From Candidatus Omnitrophota bacterium (lineage in GTDB: Bacteria > Omnitrophota > Gorgyraeia > Aquiviventales > Aquiviventaceae), in contig JACPSR010000142.1 in the NCBI GenBank assembly GCA_016193175.1, forward strand, positions 54,332 to 118,331: a stretch of 64,000 nucleotides of DNA, written 5' to 3'. Shown here one piece after another: positions 33,580-42,607 of the stretch. The translations under genes were made by a program, and so were the position numbers. Every line of letters begins with the position of its first letter. Within the stretch, counting starts at the first letter, position 1. Under the pieces are notes generated by a model that worked only from the letters and a program-made list of their open reading frames with translations, made no database searches and had not been told where the DNA came from.

Positions 33580-34799
33580 GTCTGGCCGTCCCCACACAAC
33601 GCTCCGAAGCCAAATATGGGTTGCCCGAGGCGGTGGTCTTCTGTCAGCGCTGCGTCATGTCGAACCAGCGTCCCTGCTCCTCGGTTGAATTCCGGCACAC
33701 GAAGGACCGGAGACATCGAACCCTCCGGTTTGACGATGAAGGGGTCTGCGATGCCTGCCGGGTCGCCGAACAGAAGGAGCAGATTGACTGGGCCAAGCGG
33801 GAAGAGGAACTGCTCCGGTTGCTTGACCGGCATCGCCGACGCGACGGCGGGTATGACTGCATCGTGCCGGGCAGCGGCGGCAAGGACAGCGCCTACGCCG
33901 CGCATGTGCTGAAGTACAAGTACGGGATGCACCCCTTGACGGTCACCTGGCCTCCGATCCTCTATACCGAGATCGGATGGAAGAACTTCAGGAGCTGGCT
34001 CGAGGTGGGCGGCTTTGACAACATCACGTTCAAGCCAAACGGCCGGGTGCATCGATTGTTGACACGGCTGGCCATTGAACACCTCCTGCATCCCTTTCAG
34101 ACCTTCATTCTTGGACAGAAGAATCTCGCTCCAAAGATCGCGTTACAAACGCGGGTGCCGCTGATTTTCTATGGCGAAAACGAAGCCGAGTACGGCAACC
34201 CTATTGCCGATACGAGCTCGTCGCTGCGCGATCGATCGTACTACACGATGCGCAACCTCTCGGAAGTGTACCTCGCGGGACTGTCCATCCCCGAGCTGCA
34301 GGAGCGGTATCGCCTGTCCTTGAATGATCTCAGCGCCTACCTGCCGGCCGACGGCCACGCCCTGGAAGAGTCGCAGATCGAAGTCCACTACCTTGGCTAC
34401 TACCTCAAGTGGACACCGCAGGAGAGCTACTACTACGCCGTAGAGCATACGGGCTTTGAGGCCAACCCGTTTCGAACCGAAGGGACGTACAGCAAGTACA
34501 ACAGCTTGGATGACAAGATCGACGGCCTGCACTACTACACGACGTACATCAAATTTGGCATCGGACGCGCCACGTATGATGCCTCGCAGGAAATCCGCAA
34601 CAAGCACCTCACGCGAGAGGAGGGGGTGGCACTCGTGCGGCGCTTTGACGGGGAGTTTCCGGAGCGGTACCTCCGTGAGGTGATGGACTTCATCGAATGC
34701 TCGCCAGAGCGGTTCCTGGAGTTGTGCGATACGTTCCGCTCCCCCCATCTCTGGAAGAAGGTCGAGGGTCGCTGGATGCTCCGTTGCCAGGTGGCATGA
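33576..34799 (+). CDS. N-acetyl sugar amidotransferase (WbuX/PseA/PtmG family, PP-loop ATPase)
   Basis: CQRCVMSN ... CDAC zinc-ribbon-like N-terminus and PP-loop CIVPGSGGKDSAY. Confidence 0.85.
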   Translation: MSLAVPTQRSEAKYGLPEAVVFCQRCVMSNQRPCSSVEFRHTKDRRHRTLRFDDEGVCDACRVAEQKEQIDWAKREEELLRLLDRHRRRDGGYDCIVPGSGGKDSAYAAHVLKYKYGMHPLTVTWPPILYTEIGWKNFRSWLEVGGFDNITFKPNGRVHRLLTRLAIEHLLHPFQTFILGQKNLAPKIALQTRVPLIFYGENEAEYGNPIADTSSSLRDRSYYTMRNLSEVYLAGLSIPELQERYRLSLNDLSAYLPADGHALEESQIEVHYLGYYLKWTPQESYYYAVEHTGFEANPFRTEGTYSKYNSLDDKIDGLHYYTTYIKFGIGRATYDASQEIRNKHLTREEGVALVRRFDGEFPERYLREVMDFIECSPERFLELCDTFRSPHLWKKVEGRWMLRCQVA

Positions 34800-34812
34800 A
34801 CGAGGACGCTCA

Positions 34813-35889
34813 ATGTACACGGACCTGACCACGTTGTGCATCGGACGAGCGAGTTCGTTACGAGCCGCCATAGCCCAGATGGACCGCAGCCGATTTGGCA
34901 TCGTGCTGGTGACCGACGACCAGCGACGCCTGGTGGGCACGATCACCGATGGGGATATCCGCCGCGCCATTTTGGCGAACGTGGATCTTGAGCAATCGGT
35001 GAACGTGCTCCTGGCGCGAAAGGCAACAACTCGCTTTGCGAAGCCCATCACGGCCGCGGCGGGCTCCGATCCCAATCTCTACCTGGCACTCCTGAAACAG
35101 CACAACATCCTTCACCTTCCGCTGATCGACGATGAGCAGCACGTCGTGGGGATGGTGACGAGGGATGAATTTCTGCCCAACGAGGTGCTGCCGCTCCACG
35201 CAGTGGTCATGGCGGGAGGGCTCGGTAGTCGTCTGCACCCCCTCACCGAAGAGCTCCCGAAACCGATGCTGCCGATCGGCAATCGTCCATTGCTCGAGAT
35301 CATCATCGCGCAGCTACGAGAGGCCGGCATTCGTCGCGTCCAGGTCACGACGCACCACAAGCCGGAGAAGATTGAGGAGCATTTTGGCGATGGGAAGGAC
35401 TTCGGGATCAACCTCTCCTATGTCGCAGAAGACCGACCGTTAGGAACAGCGGGGGCCCTGGGATTGCTCGGCGTTCCCAAGGAGACGACGTTGGTCATGA
35501 ACGGCGATATCCTGACGCAGGTGGATTTCCGGGCGATGCTGGTCTACCACCGGGAGTACGGGGCGGACCTCACGATGGCAGTGCGCCAGTACGACCTCAA
35601 GGTGCCCTACGGCGTGGTCGAGTGCGAGGATTCGGTGGTCCGTTCCCTCAGCGAAAAACCCACGGTGGGATTTTTTGTCAACGCGGGCATTTATCTGCTG
35701 GAGCCTCCCGTCTACCAATTCATCCCGAACGGCCAACCGTTCGACATGACGGAGTTGATCCAGTGCCTGCTCAAGGCGGGGAGGATGGTCGTCAGCTTCC
35801 CGGTCCGGGAATACTGGCTTGATATCGGAGAGCACGCGGGGTATGAGCGGGCAGAGCAAGACGTTCGCAACGAGAAGGTGCGGGTATGA
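34813..35889 (+). CDS. CBS-domain sugar-phosphate nucleotidyltransferase (PtmE/HddC-like)
   Basis: Tandem CBS region (LVGTITDGDIRR, VVGMVTRDEF), then NTP-transferase motif AVVMAGGLGSRLHPLTEELPKPMLPI. Confidence 0.8.
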   Translation: MYTDLTTLCIGRASSLRAAIAQMDRSRFGIVLVTDDQRRLVGTITDGDIRRAILANVDLEQSVNVLLARKATTRFAKPITAAAGSDPNLYLALLKQHNILHLPLIDDEQHVVGMVTRDEFLPNEVLPLHAVVMAGGLGSRLHPLTEELPKPMLPIGNRPLLEIIIAQLREAGIRRVQVTTHHKPEKIEEHFGDGKDFGINLSYVAEDRPLGTAGALGLLGVPKETTLVMNGDILTQVDFRAMLVYHREYGADLTMAVRQYDLKVPYGVVECEDSVVRSLSEKPTVGFFVNAGIYLLEPPVYQFIPNGQPFDMTELIQCLLKAGRMVVSFPVREYWLDIGEHAGYERAEQDVRNEKVRV

Positions 35890-36002
35890 TCCCACGCCCT
35901 AGCTGGGCTCCGCCTAAAGGCGGAGCCGCGAAACGGTGCCCCGTGTTTCTGTCATTGATGTTTCGCCCCACCAATAGGCGGGGCAGCCAGGGCGTGGGAT
36001 GA
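35886..36002 (+). repeat. Palindromic junction element, copy 5 (117 bp)
   Basis: Left arm ATGATCCCACGCCCT 35886-35900 and right arm CAGGGCGTGGGATGA 35988-36002. Hairpins GGCTCCGCC-TAAA-GGCGGAGCC 35906-35927 and CCCCACC-AATA-GGCGGGG 35966-35983. Inner stem CGAAAC/GTTTCG 35929-35934/35960-35965. Upstream TGA 35887-35889 and downstream ATG 35999 lie in the arms. Confidence 0.9.
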
Positions 36003-36970
36003 AGGTGCTGCTAACAGGCGGGGCGGGCTATGTGGGGTCAGTCGTGGCGCACGACTTGCTGTCCCGTGGACATGAAGTGCGGGTCGTTGATATGTTGCTG
36101 TACGGAGGCCAGGGGCTGTTGGGGTTGTACCAGGATGAGCGATTCAGTTTCTTGGGTGGGGATCTCCGGTCTGCACAGCTCGTCGAATTGGCCCTGCACG
36201 GTATGGACGCCGTGGTCCATTTGGCGGCGATCGTGGGCGACCCGGCCTGCGCGCGCCAGCCTGAGCTCGCGCGTGCCGTGAACCTCGATGCTTCCCTCCA
36301 GCTCTTCCGCGCGAGCTGCGCGCGAGAGGTTGAGCGGTTCGTATTCGCCTCGACCTGCAGCAACTACGGTCGGATGTCGAACCCGTCTGTCTGGCTCACC
36401 GAGGAGTCCGAACTGCGTCCCGTCTCGCTGTACGCCCAAACCAAAGTGGAGGTGGAACAAGCCTTCTTGAGTCCCTCGGCGGCTTCTCGGCCCGTCACGA
36501 CCGTCCTCCGGTTCGCGACGGTGTTTGGGGTGTCACCTCGGATGCGGTTTGATCTCACGGTGAACGAGTTCACGATGGAGCTGCTGACAAAACGCAAGCT
36601 CACGATCTACGGCGCGCAGTTCTGGCGGCCCTACCTCCACGTCCGGGATGCGGCGCGGGCCATCGGGTTGGTGCTGGAGAGTCCGCTCGACAAGATCGCC
36701 AACCAGGCGTTCAACGTGGGCGATGCCAATCAGAACTACCAGAAGGGGGCATTAGCGGAGCTGATCCGCGCGCAGATCGGCAACCACGCGCGGATTGAGC
36801 GCGTTGAGAAAACGGAGGATCCGCGGGATTACCGGGTCTCATTTGACAAGATTCAACGGGGGTTGGGTTTCCAGATCACCCGGACGGTCGAGCAGGGCGT
36901 TCAAGAGCTCATCGAGGCCATCTCCTCCGGCGTCATCACCGAATGCGATCACTCACGGTATCGAAACTAG
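35999..36970 (+). CDS. NAD-dependent sugar epimerase/dehydratase (extended SDR; LegB-like dehydratase candidate)
   Basis: MKVLLTGGAGYVGS and catalytic YAQTK. Confidence 0.8.
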   Translation: MKVLLTGGAGYVGSVVAHDLLSRGHEVRVVDMLLYGGQGLLGLYQDERFSFLGGDLRSAQLVELALHGMDAVVHLAAIVGDPACARQPELARAVNLDASLQLFRASCAREVERFVFASTCSNYGRMSNPSVWLTEESELRPVSLYAQTKVEVEQAFLSPSAASRPVTTVLRFATVFGVSPRMRFDLTVNEFTMELLTKRKLTIYGAQFWRPYLHVRDAARAIGLVLESPLDKIANQAFNVGDANQNYQKGALAELIRAQIGNHARIERVEKTEDPRDYRVSFDKIQRGLGFQITRTVEQGVQELIEAISSGVITECDHSRYRN

Positions 36971-38181
36971 CGCCCCGCCGAGCGCCTGGCGGTCCTGAGG
37001 CGGCCCGAGCGCCTGAAATCCCGCTCTCGGTCCCCGCGCTGCGTGGGAACGAATGGAAGTATCTCAAGGCATGCCTGGATACCGGCTGGGTCTCATCCGC
37101 CGGACCGTTTGTGGAACGGTTCGAGCAAGCGTTCGCCCACCATCTTGGTGGAGCCGTGTATGCCGTGGCGGTCGTGAATGGGACCGCGGGTCTGCATCTG
37201 GCGCTTCGCGCCATCTGTGTCGAGCCTGAGGACGAGGTGATCGTGCCAACCCTTACGTTCATTGCACCGGTCAACGCGATCCGGTATTGCGGGGCGCATC
37301 CGGTGTTTATCGATGCGGATCCGCAGACCTGGCAGATCGATGTCAACCAGGTGGGGCGATTTTTGGGGCAGGAATGCGAAGTTCGACCGGACGCCCCAGG
37401 GCCAGCGGTGTCCGCGAAGACCTGCTGGAACAAGCGGACCGGACACCGCGTGCGGGCCATTCTGCCTGTCCATGTACTCGGATTGGCGTGCGACATGGAG
37501 CGCCTTAACGCGTTGGCCAACACCTACCACCTCAAGGTCATTGAAGATGCGGCTGAGGCGATCGGTGTGCGCTATCACAACCGGCCGGCTGGCATGTGGG
37601 GAGACATCGGCGTGTTCAGCTTTAACGGCAACAAGACGCTGACCTGTGGTGGCGGAGGGATGGTTGTCGCGGAGAAACGGTACACGGACTACGTTCGTTA
37701 TCTCTCCACGCAAGCCAAGGATGATCCGCGGGACTACTATCATAAAGAAGTGGGATACAACTATCGGCTGACGAACCTCCATGCGGCGCTCGGGTTGGCT
37801 CAACTCGAACAACTCGATGCCTTCCTGCAGCGCAAGCGGAACATCGCGAGACGGTATCGTGAGGCGTTCGCCGAAATCCCCAACGTCACGCCCATGCCGC
37901 AGCAAGACGGGGCGGCCTCTTGGTTATACACGATCCTGACGCCGGACCGTGAGCAGCGGGATTCGTTCTTAGCTGCGCTGGAGGATGAGGGCATTGAAGC
38001 CCGGCCCTTGTGGCGGCCGATTCATACCTTGCCGCCCTACAAGGGCTGCCAGAGCGCCGGATCGCTTGAGACCGCGGTGAATCTCTACGAGCGGGCGGTC
38101 AGTCTTCCCAGCAGCGTGGGATTGAGCGATCAGGAGTTGGCGCGGTGCGTCCAGACGGTACGCGCGTGGGCGCAGCGATGA
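36943..38181 (+). CDS. DegT/DnrJ/EryC1/StrS family PLP-dependent sugar aminotransferase
   Basis: VVNGTAGLHLALRA, and FSFNGNKTLTCGGGG containing the PLP lysine. The start is uncertain (28-nt overlap with the upstream gene if 36943). Confidence 0.85.
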   Translation: MRSLTVSKLAPRRAPGGPEAARAPEIPLSVPALRGNEWKYLKACLDTGWVSSAGPFVERFEQAFAHHLGGAVYAVAVVNGTAGLHLALRAICVEPEDEVIVPTLTFIAPVNAIRYCGAHPVFIDADPQTWQIDVNQVGRFLGQECEVRPDAPGPAVSAKTCWNKRTGHRVRAILPVHVLGLACDMERLNALANTYHLKVIEDAAEAIGVRYHNRPAGMWGDIGVFSFNGNKTLTCGGGGMVVAEKRYTDYVRYLSTQAKDDPRDYYHKEVGYNYRLTNLHAALGLAQLEQLDAFLQRKRNIARRYREAFAEIPNVTPMPQQDGAASWLYTILTPDREQRDSFLAALEDEGIEARPLWRPIHTLPPYKGCQSAGSLETAVNLYERAVSLPSSVGLSDQELARCVQTVRAWAQR

Positions 38182-40316
38182 TGTATTTCATTGAGCGTCT
38201 GACACTCAGAGTCTGGGTCGGGTGGGTTCTGCCGCAGCTGCTTCGGGATCGTGTGGGAGGACGTCGCGGCGGTCGGTGTTACGTCTTCGATGGCTCCAGA
38301 CCCGCCATGAGGGTGGCGCGGATGTCACGCTGGCTGACGGGAGTCGGGGTTGAGTGGTGTCACTTCCGAGCCCTGGAGGTTCGCGATGAGCGCGGCGTCC
38401 AGCTACGGTTGAGGACGATCACTCAGGACATGGCTGACGTTCTGGATGAGGTGACGAACAACCCGCTGTTCCGCCACGTCGCGCGCAACGGCAGCTCGGG
38501 GAGGCTCTGGACCTATCTGACGAAGATTCTCGGGACGATCGTCGTTCATGAGTGCCCATCGTTTTGTCGCACACCGTTTGTCATCCAGTTATGCGCGTGG
38601 AAGCTTCGCAGGGAGCGGCCGGGTGGCCAATGGCCGGTCGCGTTCTTAGACCAACAGCCGTGGATGGACGAGCTCGTGCGGTATGGAGCTCGGTCTGGCG
38701 TTACGGTCATCCCGGTCGGCCGACCCCTCAAGCTGCACGCAGGGTTGCGGCGCCAGCTGACGCCGGAGCTCAGGGAGTGGGTATGGGTCCTGAAGACGTG
38801 CTGGCAGCTTGCCAGGCTGCGGCTTCATCGGCAGCACAGGCGGATCCTCAAGACCAGCGATAGGGCTGGTGAGATCCGCGCCTCTTGCCAGAGGTCGCGG
38901 GTTGGGGTTCAGTACAACGGGCACCTGAATCTCAAGTGCCCAGAACGGCATTCGGATCTATTTTTCTGGCAACAGTCATCGCTCGCAGGAAACGATCTCG
39001 TGGTGGTCTTCAAGGATCCGTGGTATCCACTTGATGAGCCGCAGGGGACTGAACTCACCGCGTGCGGCATGGAGGCGGTCGTGCTGGCGCCTCTCGCCAC
39101 GACCCTTCCCACAGCACCCGTGTTCATTCATCGACCTCAGAGGAAATATTGGGAGCGACCTCGGCTGGCGCTCCCACGACGAAATCTGAATGCCGCGTGG
39201 CTGCGTGATCAGATGTCCGACTATAGGGCGGTGCAAGACTACTGGGCCGCTCTGTGCGACGCCTGTGGCATCAAGGTCTTCGTCACGTGGTTTAAGTACG
39301 ACGCCGTGCACTGTGCGATCGCCGAGGCGCTCCGGCAGGTTGGGGGTCTCCTGGCGATGTACCAGCGGGCCTACGAATTTAATCCTTCACCGGAGACGGC
39401 CGTGGCCACGGATCTGTTCTTCGGGTTCTCGAAGCGCGGCGCCGAGATCGAGCGCCGCTCCCGCTCGGTGATCCAGTATCATGTAACGACCGGCTATCTG
39501 GGCGATCATCGGTTCCCGCTCCTGCAACCAGCAGCGCGGCGTGTTCGACAGGAACTTGAGCGACACGGGGCGCGTCATGTCCTTGCGTACTGTGATGAGA
39601 ACTCGAGAGCTGATGAGCGTTGGTACGTCGGCAACACGTTGATGCGCCAACACTACGCGTTCCTGCTTGAGCGGGTCCTCATGGAACCCTGGTTCGGGCT
39701 CCTGGTGAAGCCGAAGGCGCCTTCGACGCTGAGACAGCGGCTCGGTCCGGTGTCTGAGCTCCTGCAGCGGGCCGAGGCGACGGGACGGTGTGTCGTGTAT
39801 CAGGATGGGCTCAGGCACAGCTCGATTCCGCCGGCTGCCGCGGCGCTCGCCTCCGACATCCTGGTCCACGGTCATCTGACCGCGGGAACGGCGGCAGCAG
39901 AGGCCACCCTGGCCGGCGTGCCGACGCTCTTGCTGGATCGGGAGGGCTGGTCGATTAGTCCGTTGCATCAGCTGGGTGGGCAGGTGGTCTTTACCGACTT
40001 GGACCGTCTATGGAAGGCCTGTCTTGAACACTGGAAACACCCTGGGGGGGTGCCAGGCTTCGGCGATTGGTCCCCCATGCTGGATGATCTCGATCCGTTT
40101 CGGGATGGTCGAGCCGCCCAGCGCATGGGCACGTATCTGAACTGGCTGTTGGACGGATTCAAGGCGGGGAAGGATCGGGAGACCGTGATGGCCGATGCGG
40201 CCGAACGCTACGGTTCCATCTGGGGCCAGGATAAGATCACCACGGTCAATGCGAGTCATCCGAACCGCCCCGAGACGGATGCGCGCCTCGCGGATTCAGC
40301 TGCTGTGGGCGTCTGA
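38178..40316 (+). CDS. Large hypothetical protein (712 aa), possible GT-B-like glycosyltransferase
   Basis: No firm motif. The C-terminal region (ILVHGHLTAGTAAAEATLAGVPTLLLDREGW) resembles the end of GT-B folds. ATGA junction upstream. Confidence 0.45.
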   Translation: MMYFIERLTLRVWVGWVLPQLLRDRVGGRRGGRCYVFDGSRPAMRVARMSRWLTGVGVEWCHFRALEVRDERGVQLRLRTITQDMADVLDEVTNNPLFRHVARNGSSGRLWTYLTKILGTIVVHECPSFCRTPFVIQLCAWKLRRERPGGQWPVAFLDQQPWMDELVRYGARSGVTVIPVGRPLKLHAGLRRQLTPELREWVWVLKTCWQLARLRLHRQHRRILKTSDRAGEIRASCQRSRVGVQYNGHLNLKCPERHSDLFFWQQSSLAGNDLVVVFKDPWYPLDEPQGTELTACGMEAVVLAPLATTLPTAPVFIHRPQRKYWERPRLALPRRNLNAAWLRDQMSDYRAVQDYWAALCDACGIKVFVTWFKYDAVHCAIAEALRQVGGLLAMYQRAYEFNPSPETAVATDLFFGFSKRGAEIERRSRSVIQYHVTTGYLGDHRFPLLQPAARRVRQELERHGARHVLAYCDENSRADERWYVGNTLMRQHYAFLLERVLMEPWFGLLVKPKAPSTLRQRLGPVSELLQRAEATGRCVVYQDGLRHSSIPPAAAALASDILVHGHLTAGTAAAEATLAGVPTLLLDREGWSISPLHQLGGQVVFTDLDRLWKACLEHWKHPGGVPGFGDWSPMLDDLDPFRDGRAAQRMGTYLNWLLDGFKAGKDRETVMADAAERYGSIWGQDKITTVNASHPNRPETDARLADSAAVGV

Positions 40317-40943
40317 ATGGGGAACGCGCACAGACCGGACATCCGTCGAGCCGTGTTTCTCGATCGGGATGGCACCATTGCCCAGTACCGGGAGTACTGT
40401 TGTCGCCCGCAGGATTTTCGATTGCTCCCAGGGGTGGGCCACGCCATTCGGACATTGAATCACGCGGGGCTGGCGGTGATCGTCATGACCAACCAATCGG
40501 CGATTGCGCGAGGCTGGTTGACGGGGGACGTCTTGGAGCAGATTCACCGAAAAATGCGCCGTGCCCTCAGTCGCGTGGGGGCGCGGATCGACGCCATCTA
40601 CGTCTGTCCGCACCATCCGGACGACGGATGTGCGTGTCGAAAACCTGGGATCGCGATGCTCCAGCAGGCTGCAAAGGACTTTGAGCTGTCCTTGGCGTCC
40701 TCCTATGTGGTGGGAGACCGGATGCTGGATGTGCTCTCGGGGCGCGCCGCGGGAAGTCAGACTATCCTTGTCCGCTCAGGCCACAGACTGGAACCGACCA
40801 ACGGCGTTACGCCTGACCACGAGGCGCAGGACCTGAGCGAGGCCGTGGCGTGGATCCTTCAACAGGAGGGGCTGCAAGCGGGACGGGGCAGGCCTCTTGC
40901 CGCGGCGCGAGGTCCGAGCGACCATGCGGGAGTGCAGAGATGA
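40317..40943 (+). CDS. gmhB: D-glycero-D-manno-heptose 1,7-bisphosphate phosphatase (HAD-IIIA)
   Basis: AVFLDRDGTI, VMTNQSAIARG and Zn-binding CPHHPDDGCACRKP. Confidence 0.85.
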   Translation: MGNAHRPDIRRAVFLDRDGTIAQYREYCCRPQDFRLLPGVGHAIRTLNHAGLAVIVMTNQSAIARGWLTGDVLEQIHRKMRRALSRVGARIDAIYVCPHHPDDGCACRKPGIAMLQQAAKDFELSLASSYVVGDRMLDVLSGRAAGSQTILVRSGHRLEPTNGVTPDHEAQDLSEAVAWILQQEGLQAGRGRPLAAARGPSDHAGVQR

Positions 40944-42607
40944 CATTGGACACGCGAGTGGAGACTCCTCCAACCTTGGCAGACGAACCCTCTCATCCTG
41001 ACGCTGAAGGATCCACCCAGACATCTGCAAGGGCGCTCGAGCAACTGGAAGCTGCCTTGGACGCGGTGCGTCGTCAGTGCCCCTGGCTTCCGGTGTTCGC
41101 AATTCGATGGATGCACTTAAAGCATCCCGTGCACCCCGTGCAGCTGCTCCTCCTGCGCGAACATCTGGGTGTTAGTGGAGAGACACCCGATCGTACCGAG
41201 CGACCTCGGTGGGTATTCACCCAGTGGATTCGCCCAAGACTCCTGAGGCGACTCGGACAATGTGTGATCTATGCGATCTACGTCAGTTGCCGGCTGGTCA
41301 GGCTTCAGATTGCGCTGCGTCGTCAGGTGCGGGCCCTCAGGCGACAGCCGTTTGAGGTGCTGATCAAAACGTGCTGCTTTGAAGCAGAGCGGCCGGCGGA
41401 TGGGAGCGATTTTTATTTCGGTGATTTGCAGCAACGATTGGTCAGGCGTGGCGTGCGAACACTGCTCTTGTCCGGGAATGTGCGGCGTGGCAGTTGGACG
41501 GCGTTTGGCCGGGCCCATCTCGCCGCGCCGCCGCTGGCACGGCTGCCGGAGTTAGCGCTGCTGTCTCCACTGGCGCCACTTCGTCTGATGCTGGCGCAAG
41601 TTCGGGCCGCCATCCGGTTGCGTCGCAGGGTGCGGGAGACCGACGATCCGTTGATCAAACACATCACCCTGCTCGCCAGCCACGATTGTCTGGCGCCGGA
41701 TACCACGCGGGCTGGACTGTATTGCTGGGTCATGAAGCGTGCCGTTCAGACGTGGCGTCCTCGGGCCTTCGTGACCCTCTACGAGGGACACGCCTGGGAG
41801 GCGTGTGCGCGATGGGGCGTGAAGGCTCACGATCCGTCCTGTCAAACCGTGGGGTATCAACATACCGCCATCTTTCCGGAATCGCTGTCGTTAACGTCTC
41901 CATCGAAGGCGCCGACAGACCGTCTCGTGCCTGACACCATTCTGGCCTTGGGGCAGATTCCGTTGGACTTCATGGCGTCTGGACACGCAGATCATCACGT
42001 CCGTCTGGTGCGGTTTGGGAGTTTTCGCTATCGCCATGCGAATGTCGATCGACCGGCGGATCGAACCCGTCGTGTCATCCTCGTCGTTCCCGAAGGGTTT
42101 GCGTCGGAGGTCAAGGTGCTCTTTGAGTTCGCCGTGGCCTGCGCCAAGCGGTTGCCCCGCTATACCTTTGTGCTCCGATGCCATCCAGAAGTGCCCATGG
42201 CCGTGGCGGTCCGATTGATGCCAGGGGCACTGACCAGCCAACCGAACATTGAGCTTTCGGACCGTCGTCTGATCGAGGAGGATTTTGCCCGCTCGTCAGC
42301 CGTGTTGTATCGCGGATCCTCGACGGTCCTCTATGCGGTCCTTCACGGCCTGTTGCCGCTGTACGTCCATATGCCCACCCTGCTGGATCGTGACCCGCTG
42401 TACCGCATGCCGGCCTGGCGCCGACGCTGTGTCAGTCCTGATCATCTCGCGACGCAGTTGGCGTGGCATGAGCAAGCCCCGATGGAGCGCTTGGAAGAGG
42501 AATGGGCGCGGGCGGTGCGGTATGTCACGGATTATACCGGCCCGGTGACCGATGAGCAGATCGACGCGTGGCTTACCACGGTCGGTCTCAACGGGAGCGC
42601 GCGCTGA
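40940..42607 (+). CDS. Large hypothetical protein (555 aa), possible GT-B-like surface carbohydrate biosynthesis protein
   Basis: No firm motif. C-terminal SAVLYRGSSTVLYAVLHGLLPLYVH resembles the GT-B C-terminal region. Its stop TGA 42605-42607 opens junction element copy 6. Confidence 0.45.
   Translation: MTLDTRVETPPTLADEPSHPDAEGSTQTSARALEQLEAALDAVRRQCPWLPVFAIRWMHLKHPVHPVQLLLLREHLGVSGETPDRTERPRWVFTQWIRPRLLRRLGQCVIYAIYVSCRLVRLQIALRRQVRALRRQPFEVLIKTCCFEAERPADGSDFYFGDLQQRLVRRGVRTLLLSGNVRRGSWTAFGRAHLAAPPLARLPELALLSPLAPLRLMLAQVRAAIRLRRRVRETDDPLIKHITLLASHDCLAPDTTRAGLYCWVMKRAVQTWRPRAFVTLYEGHAWEACARWGVKAHDPSCQTVGYQHTAIFPESLSLTSPSKAPTDRLVPDTILALGQIPLDFMASGHADHHVRLVRFGSFRYRHANVDRPADRTRRVILVVPEGFASEVKVLFEFAVACAKRLPRYTFVLRCHPEVPMAVAVRLMPGALTSQPNIELSDRRLIEEDFARSSAVLYRGSSTVLYAVLHGLLPLYVHMPTLLDRDPLYRMPAWRRRCVSPDHLATQLAWHEQAPMERLEEEWARAVRYVTDYTGPVTDEQIDAWLTTVGLNGSAR

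Noticed and set aside
35906-35927. GC-rich hairpins inside the elements as rho-independent terminators
   Set aside because: None is followed by a T/U tract. They sit between genes of obviously co-dependent pathways (E1 alpha/beta; the element before the transketolase subunits). The downstream start codon is part of the element.
35886-36002. Mini-ORFs in the elements (MIPRP...QGVG) as a conserved small-protein gene family
   Set aside because: Only the arm-encoded termini are shared. Interiors have no amino-acid similarity, while base-paired positions co-vary, which points to nucleic-acid-level selection. The idea is kept only as a possible relay-ORF aspect in the findings.
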